In this document: piece by piece, positions 53,959 to 63,312 of the stretch
How the letters are laid out: each line of letters begins with the position of its first letter
Position numbering within the stretch: the first letter of the stretch is position 1
Assembly (NCBI RefSeq): GCF_000002075.1
Contig: NW_004798019.1
Coordinates: forward strand, 131,911-195,222
Direction of reading: 5' to 3'
Source of the DNA: Aplysia californica
Taxonomy: Eukaryota
Length of the DNA: 63,312 bases
The notes under the pieces: generated by a model
Database searches by the model: none
What the model saw: the letters and a program-made list of their open reading frames with translations, nothing else
Told to the model about the DNA's origin: nothing
Made by a program: the position numbers and the translations under genes

Positions 53959-55077
53959 TAAAATAGAAATAGGAGGGTGGTCGCATATCTTTTATAGGAT
54001 TTTTTATTGTAATGGAGAACTCTGCTTCTAAGCATTGTGATAGCGAGTTTGACTTTCTAATTTTAACTCCTCTGCTTGCTGAATTATTTTTTGGCGGAGA
54101 ATTGTTTCATAACATATCATTGACTTTCACTATGATCTTTGTGACTGGTGTCTTTTGTCTAGTAGCTTTAAAAGTGCTTTGCTTTTGCATGCAGATGACC
54201 TGAGTTCAATTCCATTGAATGGAGAATTTTGCTTTTTTTTACCTTGAACATCTCTGACTTCCTGCTGGGACTCTGTATTCCCCTCAGTCCAGATTGACAA
54301 ATCATAAATGAATATTACCCCCCGGGGCAGTGCTACTGACTGAAATGTCTTTAGGCCATTCCCAAAGGGGGGACATTAACATGTTATTATGCAAAGTAGA
54401 ATGTAAACGGGCTGATTGATCAATGTCATGTTCATACTGTGCCAGAACAACATCGGGGGAACTGTTGCTTTTTATTTCCTCATCCTAACTATCATAATTT
54501 TTCCTCTTCTTCTTTTGTATGTTTGTCAATCTCTTGTGAACTGCTATAATTTCTTGGGTACCTTGATTGGCGAAGGCGTCTTATTGCTGTTAAGTAAGCC
54601 TAACTCCCCGTTTAGACTTCTCTGTGGACATCCACCCCTTGGCGCTCATTGGACCTTATGCAGTTGCGAGCGGCGTAAAACCTCAACTAAAACAAACAGC
54701 ATAAATAAATAAATATTGACCTTCACAGAGTTGAAGCCAAACTCCTTAATGATGGAAATAGGGGTATAATCTGAAAAAAAAGTAGTCTCTATGTATGCTG
54801 CCTTTATCATTGGCCTACCTATTCTTTGTTGTGGTTTCCTTTACAGTCTCTACTTATGCACATCATTCAATTTACAAAGACGTGCTCCGCTCAAATGCAC
54901 ATTTTTATGTATTTTGTTTTTTACAGAACAGTTAAATTTAATCTGTTCCAGGTCCATCACCTCTATGTTAGACTTCTTCATGCTCTGAATTGACTAACGC
55001 TGCAAAAAAAAATTACTTGAATGATTTACTATTTCTCTTTCCAGCTAATCAAGTGAGAATTTGAGAGGGTAGCCACC

Positions 55078-57996
55078 ATGGAGTACCACTGCTCGGACCA
55101 GCCTGATGAGAAAGAAGACAGCAATATGGCAGACTTAGCAATCTCTGTGTTATCTAATGCAATTGAGACGCTGATACAGGGGAATGAGTTAGTAAACTTT
55201 TCAGCTTCCCCTTTAGGCTGTTTCAAAAACAGGCAGAATGCCAACACTGTTGAAAACACGAGAAAATATTACATGGCACCGGCTGGGCAAACTGTCAGTC
55301 ACGTAGAACAGAGAGATGCTGAAGAAAGGGGATCAACTCAGCCATTAGAAAAGTTGACAAATACACATCCGCTTTGGGGTCAGGTGTCTGGAGAAGGGAA
55401 AGTGAAAGCTACAGGTGTTGACAAACCTCGAAAAAGATCATGCTTAGGACCTGAGAATTGGAAACGGGTCAAAGCGAAGCGGTTGCGTGAACATGGTGAA
55501 GCTTATGAGGGCAGGTCAAAAAATAAAATGACAGGAAAATCAGAGCCCAAATATGTTGCTGAAAAGAAAATGGGTTGTAGATGTTCCTGTGCATCCGACC
55601 ACAGGAGTTACAAATGTGCCAGCTTTAGTGAGGAGGAAAGACAAGAAATTTTCCAACTCGTTTGGTCAATGACAGAAGCTGACAGGAAAATCTGGGTTTT
55701 TGAAATGGTTAATGCTTTGTCCATCAAGCAAAGAACTGTGTTTCATGACTCGCGTAGGTCGAATACTTTAGCTTACAATTTCAAGAGAAATGGAGAGAGA
55801 CTAAGAGTCTGCAAGACTTTCTTCTTACGAACAACTGGATTGCGTCAGTGGTGGGTTCGACAACGCGCATTGAAAATGCAGAATGATGAATCTTCTGTAG
55901 CTAAAAAGCCCTCTTCTGCCAGTTCACGATTTGAAGAAGAGAGGAAATTTTGTAAGGATTTTTTGCAAAAGCTGCCTTTTGTGTCGTCCCATCCTTCGAG
56001 CAAGGCATCTTCGTCAAAGCGTTTTCTAGACCCAACTTTTGTGACATTTGCAGATGTGTATAGACTCTACAAAAGATCATGTTTTTATAGCAACAAAAAG
56101 ATTCTTTGTCGTCAAGTAGTGCGCAAAATATTTGAGGACTTGAATTTGTCAATTTTTAGCCCCAAGAAAGAGCAGACTGACGCTTATGTTGCACATGATC
56201 AGGATTCTATGTTCATTCCAAGAGAGGAAAAGGACCTAACTGATCCTTATTTTATGGAACCTGAAGAAGTGGACGAATCAATGGATATAGATGCTGAACA
56301 TGAAATGTTAGTAGACGATGAACCAGTACAGCCTTCGGCAGTTTCCGAGACAAATTCACAGAACACAGAAACTGAAGAAGATAGTGCAGTAGAAAGTTCA
56401 ACTAGTGAAAGCACATTTTGGGTCCAAGGGACTGGAGAAGGAACAGTTTTGGGTTTTGATAGGCCACGAAAAAGAAAAGCTTCAAAACCTGAAAACTGGA
56501 AAAAGGTGAAAGCAAGGAAACAGCGGGAACATGGGGAAGCGTATGAGGGTAGGTCAAAGAATAAGATGACTGGAAAGTTAGAGCCAAAATACATTAGGGA
56601 AAAAACACTGGGCCCTAGGTGTCCCTGCATGCCGGATCACAAGAGCAACAAATGTGCTGATTTTAGTGAGGAGGAGAGACAAGAAATTTTCAGACTTGTG
56701 TGGTCAATGACTGAGTTGCAGAGGAGATTGTGGGTCTCTGAAGTGGTTAATGCTGTATCCATCAAACAGAGGACCGTGTTTCACGACTCTCGTAGGACAA
56801 ACACATTGGTTTATAACTTCAAGAGAAATGGAGAGAGACTTAGAGTCTGCAAGACTTTCTTCTTGGAAACAACTGGTCTACGTCAGTGGTGGGTTCGGAA
56901 CTGGGTGTTGAATTTACCAGACCCTGATACTTTAACGATACGAAGACCTTCCTTTGCCCCACAGAGGTTTAAAGAGGATAGACAATTTTGTGAGGACTTT
57001 CTTCAGAAGCTGCCGTGTGTGCCATCTCATTATTCAGGGACTTCAATGTCAAAGCATTATCTTGAACCAACCTTTCGGACATATGCAGATGTGTACAGAC
57101 TCTATAAAAAAGCATGTTCTGAAAACAATAAAAAGGTGCTGTGTCGTCAAGTAGTCCACAACGTATTTGAGGATTTGAATTTAGCCATCTCTCGTCAGGG
57201 GAAAGACAGCAATGACACATATGTTTCTCATGAACCAGACAGTATGTTTATATCAATGGAGAAAAAGAACTATTCTGGTGGTTGTTTTGAGGAAGCTGAG
57301 GCTCAAGACTCATTATTAGATGAAAGTGAAAAACTCATATTAGAGGATGGCCCAGAGCACCGGTTGGTAGCTTCAGGGACAAATCCCAGAAATGTTAAAC
57401 ACGGAGACAAAATAATGGAGAGACTAGCGTGTCAAAATTCTCATTGGATTCAATCATCTGGAGAAGGGACATTGGATATTGATGGATTACGAGACACAGG
57501 ACTCTCAGAGGCTGAAATGTACAAAAACTGGAAAAGGAAGAATGGGGCAACTGTGTGGAGTCACGAGAAAGCTCATGGGGGTAGTTCAATATCACGGAAG
57601 CGAAAACTTGAGCAGAAAGAAATAGACAGAAGAATTTTAGGCGCGAGGTGTTCCTGTACGTTTGATCACAAAACGAACAGATGTGCCAGCTTTAGTGAGG
57701 AGGAACGACAAGAAGTCTTTAAACTCGTTTGGTCAATGACCGAAGCACAGAGGTCAATCTGGGTCTCTGAAGTGGTGAGTGCGATGAGCATCAAGCAAAG
57801 AGCAGCGTTCCCGGACTCGCGGCGGACTAACACAATAGCTTACTTCTTCAAGAGAAATGGGGAGAGAGTGAGAGTCTGCAAGAATTTCTTCTTGCAAACT
57901 ACTGCCTTGCGTCAATGGTGGGTTCGGCAAAGGGCGTTGAAAGTTCAGGACGATGGTCTGTCAGCGGCAGAGAGGTCAATGTTGCAGAGTCTGTGA
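55078..57996 (+). CDS. 972-aa protein with three tandem Cys-rich modules resembling the N-terminal half of Sola1-type transposases; no catalytic domain (probable domesticated transposase derivative)
   Basis: Uninterrupted ORF with perfect Kozak GCCACCATGG (55072-55081) and acceptor tttctctttccag at 55044. Repeats start near 55375, 56419 and 57445, each reading W..xGEG...NWKR/K...RCxCxxDHxxxxC..FSEEERQExFxLVWSMT...SRRxNTxxYxFKRNGERxRVCKxFFLxTTxLRQWWVR. Confidence 0.85.
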   Translation: MEYHCSDQPDEKEDSNMADLAISVLSNAIETLIQGNELVNFSASPLGCFKNRQNANTVENTRKYYMAPAGQTVSHVEQRDAEERGSTQPLEKLTNTHPLWGQVSGEGKVKATGVDKPRKRSCLGPENWKRVKAKRLREHGEAYEGRSKNKMTGKSEPKYVAEKKMGCRCSCASDHRSYKCASFSEEERQEIFQLVWSMTEADRKIWVFEMVNALSIKQRTVFHDSRRSNTLAYNFKRNGERLRVCKTFFLRTTGLRQWWVRQRALKMQNDESSVAKKPSSASSRFEEERKFCKDFLQKLPFVSSHPSSKASSSKRFLDPTFVTFADVYRLYKRSCFYSNKKILCRQVVRKIFEDLNLSIFSPKKEQTDAYVAHDQDSMFIPREEKDLTDPYFMEPEEVDESMDIDAEHEMLVDDEPVQPSAVSETNSQNTETEEDSAVESSTSESTFWVQGTGEGTVLGFDRPRKRKASKPENWKKVKARKQREHGEAYEGRSKNKMTGKLEPKYIREKTLGPRCPCMPDHKSNKCADFSEEERQEIFRLVWSMTELQRRLWVSEVVNAVSIKQRTVFHDSRRTNTLVYNFKRNGERLRVCKTFFLETTGLRQWWVRNWVLNLPDPDTLTIRRPSFAPQRFKEDRQFCEDFLQKLPCVPSHYSGTSMSKHYLEPTFRTYADVYRLYKKACSENNKKVLCRQVVHNVFEDLNLAISRQGKDSNDTYVSHEPDSMFISMEKKNYSGGCFEEAEAQDSLLDESEKLILEDGPEHRLVASGTNPRNVKHGDKIMERLACQNSHWIQSSGEGTLDIDGLRDTGLSEAEMYKNWKRKNGATVWSHEKAHGGSSISRKRKLEQKEIDRRILGARCSCTFDHKTNRCASFSEEERQEVFKLVWSMTEAQRSIWVSEVVSAMSIKQRAAFPDSRRTNTIAYFFKRNGERVRVCKNFFLQTTALRQWWVRQRALKVQDDGLSAAERSMLQSL

Positions 57997-58624
57997 TCGT
58001 CATAGGAAACATACTTTTTTAAAAGAAAACTGCATAAAGTATAAAGTTATTCCACTTTTTGGCACATGCTCACTTGGAAATCATCATTGATACAACTGAC
58101 CACNNNNNNNNNNNNNNNNNNNNNNNNNNNNNNNNNNNNNNNNNNNNNNNNNNNNNNNNNNNNNNNNNNNNNNNNNNNNNNNNNNNNNNNNNNNNNNNNN
58201 NNNNNNNNNNNNNNNNNNNNNNNNNNNNNNNNNNNNNNNNNNNNNNNNNNNNNNNNNNNNNNNNNNNNNNNNNNNNNNNNNNNNNNNNNNNNNNNNNNNN
58301 NCTTTTTTAATGATCCGTTTGTCACAGCAGTACTACAGTAGTTTACAGTTTATAGTACCGATACAGAAAAACGAAAAGTTTGTCACCTATTCAGAACTTT
58401 CTTTGTTTGGTATTCATGCATTGTTTTTCTGTTTTACATATGCAGTCTTTTATAGTAATTTGTGTTGGATTAATTTGTGCTCCTCTCCTCTTAATGTGTA
58501 TGAGTGGGTGGTTGGCGGGTGCTCTTTGTAGTCTGCTCTTTTTTTCCTATCTAACATCTACACCTACATCGTCCTTTATCTCTTTTCCTTCTTTTTTGAG
58601 TTTGTTACTCTTTTGTTGCGCACG

Positions 58625-58830
58625 TCTCCAAAACTGGAAAGTCCGGGTTCAAGCCTCGGTTCGTACACTGATTTTTTTCGTCCCCTCCTGCCCACCCAGC
58701 AGTAATGGGTACCGTACCTCACTTCGAGTTGGGGAAATAAAGGCAACGTCGAAAGGAACTGGCTACCCTACACAATATGCAGAAGGCCCAGGAAGTTGTC
58801 TCACAATGTCCGGATACAACAAGGTTTGAC
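58625..58830 (+). mobile_element. Meta-domain-like SINE fragment
   Basis: B-box-like GGTTCAAGCC followed by CCACCCAGCAGTAATGGGTACC...GGGGAAATAAAGGC. Confidence 0.45.
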
Positions 58831-59112
58831 TGTATATATTGGGAAAAATTCTGTTACACAAGCTTAGGTCGCTGTTAGGTAGAGGTTGCTCTTATCTGGC
58901 TTGCTGTTAAATGGACACTGCTGTAATAAACAAAAGGATGGAGTTAGATGATGCCACTTCAAGGTCCTACTTCTTTACCAAAAGTCTGGGTTTTTTTTCT
59001 CTTGCCCTTTCTGAGCACAAGAGGGTTGTTATCATATGGACCGAATTCCATCTTCAACAATCTTCCTCAGTTTGATCTTTCCATCATTGTTTGTGGGGTC
59101 TGATGTGGTTAA

Positions 59113-59351
59113 CCCTATCTATACGCCCTGGGGTCATTTTGTACCCCAGGAGTTGTATTTTTCTAATTTTAGAATACTTCTAGTACGAAGATCTCTTTGA
59201 TTCTTTCAGTATTTCTCAAAAAATCATTTTGACAGACTGCCATGCCAAGAGTACAGATCGGATCAACGATTAAATTTCCTCTTTGAAAGTGGTGGCACAG
59301 AGTTTCCCACGTCGTCTGGATACGATAGTAAAAGGCGACGTACAGATAGGG
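59113..59351. mobile_element. piggyBac-type MITE
   Basis: TTAA|CCCTATCTATACG ... CGTACAGATAGGG|TTAA: TTAA TSD with CCC/GGG termini. Confidence 0.8.
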
Positions 59352-61644
59352 TTAAGAACAAGAAATCATGATATATATTCTTGATTGGCGTCAGTGATTT
59401 ATTATGAGCATAAATTTTGCAGGTAATGACAAGCAAGTCATCACTTTGCATTACGTGAATTGGTTGTTTTGCTATGAAGATTTTCTTTTTGCATTCTTTT
59501 GGTTGTTTGCTGTTAAGATTTTTGTTTTGCATTCTTTTGGTTGTTTGCAATGAATGCTTTCATTTTGCATTCTTCTTTTTATGCGTTTATTGGACATTGT
59601 TTATGTTTGTTTCTTCCCTCCACCTCAACGTTGTTCTCAGAGAGCTTGACCGTATCATTCCTGTAGAGACTCTTTGTGTGTCATATTATGTATTATATGT
59701 AAGTATGTACAGTTGAAATTGTCCTAATGGTCACCCATTGTGGAGGTGAAAGGTGGTTATCCTAGACGTAGACAGATGATTGTCTTGGACAGTGCCATTA
59801 AAAAATGCAAGAGGGGAAGTAGGCCATATGATCATTTCGACAGGTGATTGTTTTGGACAGGTGGCAGTTGAAGCAGGTCGCAGGAAGCAACTGTTAAGCT
59901 TGTCANNNNNNNNNNNNNNNNNNNNNNNNNNNNNNNNNNNNNNNNNNNNNNNNNNNNNNNNNNNNNNNNNNNNNNNNNNNNNNNNNNNNNNNNNNNNNNN
60001 NNNNNNNNNNNNNNNNNNNNNNNNNNNNNNNNNNNNNNNNNNNNNNNNNNNNNNNNNNNNNNNNNNNNNNNNNNNNNNNNNNNNNNNNNNNNNNNNNNNN
60101 NNNNNNNNNNNNNNNNNNNNNNNNNNNNNNNNNNNNNNNNNNNNNNNNNNNNNNNNNNNNNNNNNNNNNNNNNNNNNNNNNNNNNNNNNNNNNNNNNNNN
60201 NNNNNNNNNNNNNNNNNNNNNNNNNNNNNNNNNNNNNNNNNNNNNNNNNNNNNNNNNNNNNNNNNNNNNNNNNNNNNNNNNNNNNNNNNNNNNNNNNNNN
60301 NNNNNNNNNNNNNNNNNNNNNNNNNNNNNNNNNNNNNNNNNNNNNNNNNNNNNNNNNNNNNNNNNNNNNNNNNNNNNNNNNNNNNNNNNNNNNNNNNNNN
60401 NNNNNNGGTTTCCAGAAATCTTGACCTGCACCAAAAGTGGGCATTGCGTACCTAAAGGAGAAGTTTGGTTTCATTGGTGTGAATATTTGTTTAGTTATAG
60501 AGAAAACTCTCCTTGTTTTTTTAATGAAACTGAACAACTTACAAGGGGCAAAAACTTTACCTTCGATTTTCTCAAAACAGCATTTTTCGGGATAGCCCAC
60601 TTGTCCTTAAAAGCGACCATATAGACCATTGGTTCTCGTAATTCAAGAAAAACATTTTTTTAACTCTATAGGAGATAAGAAATATTGTTTAAAGGTTACA
60701 GGGATGTAAAGATTAGATTTTGAAAATAAAAGAAAAGGAAAAAACAAACCAATGATTTCATGACTTTCCTTATAAGATCTTTTAAATTGGTGCATTTTGC
60801 ATTTATAGGTGGTTTTATAAAAGCCATTTCTGTTTTCAAAAATAAGTTTCTTCTTTGTGAATTTTATGTCAAACAAATTCCTTTGGAATGAATTATACCT
60901 GTTCCAAATTACCACATTCTAGTACAAATTTTGTGCGAGATATTTAGAAAAGAAATTGTACAGTTTTTTTTTTGATCACACTGTACTTATAAAAAAAAAA
61001 TCTTGATCCAGTAACAAAAAGGGTTTTCTCTTTGGGCCCTAAACTGCTCTTTGCATGCATACACATGATCACTAAAATAAGTGACTTACAATTACCTAGC
61101 CTACAAATTGCTCATTTTGAGATAGCGACACCACCCTGCCTCTACATTTCAATGTAAGCTTGTAGATTTCATCCCCCAACTGTCTAGACACCTCCACATG
61201 AGTCTCGAAAATTACTCACCCCATCTCTTGAATCGTGTTTTTTTGCATATATATGTTAAAGTATGGTGTTGAGGAAAGTATATAAACTTTAATGTTCTAG
61301 GTAGATCTACAAGGTGTAAATCCCCTAAATTTGTTTACCTGCTTTAGGCTAACATAAAAGGAAAAAAAACGTGTCTGAACCTTAGTTTGCAATGACCTTC
61401 ATGAAAGGGCTTTTAGATTCTGTTGGTCATCCAACTTTTAGACCCGTGTGCAAAGATCGGAGAGAAGATTAAACGGAGCCACTTCATTTTATCTTGTTAT
61501 ATCCACGGTGAGACAAAAGTGAACAAGCTATAGCAATGACAAACTGGAAAGGTCCTAGTCCTACAGGTACTTCCTTACTTCTATTAATTTGAATCATGTA
61601 CAAATATTTACCTCAACTTAAATTCTGGCCAGGGTTCAGGGTTT

Positions 61645-61840
61645 CTGGAGAGGGAGGGAGAGAGAGAGTGGGAGAGAAATAGAGAGTGGGAGAGGGGGAG
61701 GGAGGGAGAGAGAGAGAGAGAGAGAGAGANNNNNNNNNNNNNNNNNNNNNNNNNNNNNNNNNNNNNNNNNNNNNNNNNNNNNNNNNNNNNNNNNNNNNNN
61801 NNNNNNNNNNNNNNNNNNNNNNNNNNNNNGGGAGAGAGAC

Positions 61841-61883
<43 letters not shown>
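61645..61883. repeat. (GA)n-rich tract around an assembly gap
   Basis: Read directly from the sequence. Confidence 0.9.
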
Positions 61884-63312
61884 CTTTCCTGCTCTCTGTC
61901 ATTTTCGATACTGACTATTGTTGTCATGATAAAATTAGGGCTGTGTAATAAATAAATGATGAAAGCTGTGTGACTTAGGCCTACTTGTCTTGTTGTATAA
62001 ATGAATGGAGCTGGAAGCTCAATGAGTGCTGTTGGATAAAATGGACGTTACATTAATTTCAAATTTACCTATTTTCTATTTCTAAACCTCTTTGCCTGCT
62101 GTTCCAATGTCAATTTTGGACTGGAGTTTCATGGTCACAAGGCTTTAGTCTTATTTTTTTTCTCTGCGTTCCCTGCTAGATCTCAGGGGTAGTCTAGATC
62201 ATTCATTAATTTACCTATGTCCACGAAACTTTGCACAGCACTTCTGCAGGCCAGCGACCAAGTACAAATACAGGGTGTTTAAAAAAATACTGTAGAGCTT
62301 TTTTTGTTAATATTTTCCTCCACACTGAATTTTTGCGCTTCAAATTTGTACACATTTGGAAGTCTAAAGGAATTTGTCTGATATTCATTTTAGAAAAATC
62401 CACCAAATAGTTTTGCTGTTCACAGGGCTAAAAAAACAACCCATTTTCAGCTACGTCCCCATTTTTTTAGCATGACGCACTAGTTCGCATTAATTAAGCC
62501 TTCCACTAAAAATCCAAACATTTGAGCCATATTGCATAATGCACTAGTCTAACAGGCCAACAGAAGTTTGCAGATAGTTTTTTCTCAAGTTTCCTTTGCC
62601 TGCTGAGATCATGGTTAAGGTTAGTGAAGAGCAGAGAGCTTTTTGTATTGATGAACATTTCCACACCACTGACTCATTTCTTAAGTTTTGCTCAAGGTAC
62701 GGAAATAATGTTTAAGTGCCCTTTAGGCCTTATTCTTTGATGTCAAGGGTGGAAATGGTCCATCAGGTAGTGCCTGTAGAGAATCGGAACTAAAAATTCG
62801 CAGACAAAACGACCATTTCAGGTCAAACATACTGTTCGCACCCCTTTAAACGTCACCAGGGTGCAGAATTCAGCATATGAGCCCTAATGAGACGTCTTTC
62901 CGAAGATAATGTCTGCACCAAAAACGTTCCTACGTCTCAACTGTCCACTTTCTCAAGGCAGATCTTCATCTACGACGAGTACCATTTTCCCATTTGGAAG
63001 CTATCACTATCAGAGGATAGCAATGTGTTTATGATTCCTCTATCGTCTTGAAAAGCATGAACATTTCCTGTATGATGACATTTGGTTCCTTAGCAAAGCC
63101 CATATTCACCTTTCAGGTTATTAAATCGACTCCACAAATGCTGTCTATTTGGGCAACCTCACCCCCTCCCTCCCTATTGTTTCTAGAAACAACACCATAC
63201 TGTAAGGTGTACACAGTGTGTGTGGCTTTGAGTACTCATGGCTGAGTGGATCCTAGTGTTTGGCCACCACTGAACATTACAAACGTAGCGTTGAAATGTG
63301 TCCAGTCCAAAG

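Noticed and set aside
55078-57996. Active autonomous transposon
   Set aside because: No DDD/DDE catalytic region, no visible TIRs or TSD, an internal triplication, and host-type splice and Kozak signals.
59731-60600. Long ORFs of 200-289 aa
   Set aside because: Composed mostly of N-gap X residues.

Overview
AT-rich invertebrate animal genomic DNA with spliceosomal introns, microsatellites and several N gaps. The SINE/MITE content and TCTAGATCTAGA arrays suggest a mollusc, probably a gastropod (inference). Four protein-coding genes are supported. (1) SPSB/gustavus on the minus strand: the SPRY exon is at 7429-8134 and I could not find a SOCS-box exon in the readable sequence. (2) A complete 15-exon ATAD3 on the minus strand (20711-35519, 625 aa). 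(3) An unrecognised gene of about 1232 aa on the minus strand (40563-47938): a ~920-aa disordered N-terminus starting MGNNQS is joined to a highly divergent macrodomain. (4) A gene with an intronless 972-aa ORF on the plus strand (55078-57996), built from three tandem copies of a Cys-rich module that resembles the N-terminal half of Sola1-type transposases. It has no catalytic core, a perfect Kozak context and signs of purifying selection between repeats, so it looks like a domesticated transposase derivative and is the best candidate for an undescribed system. Genes 3 and 4 are head-to-head around a putative ETS-motif promoter near 49.5 kb. Introns and intergenic DNA hold a decayed RTE LINE, Tigger-, piggyBac-, Merlin-like and 6-bp-TSD non-autonomous elements, and several SINE families. 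All coordinates were read by eye and family names come from recalled motifs, not database searches.
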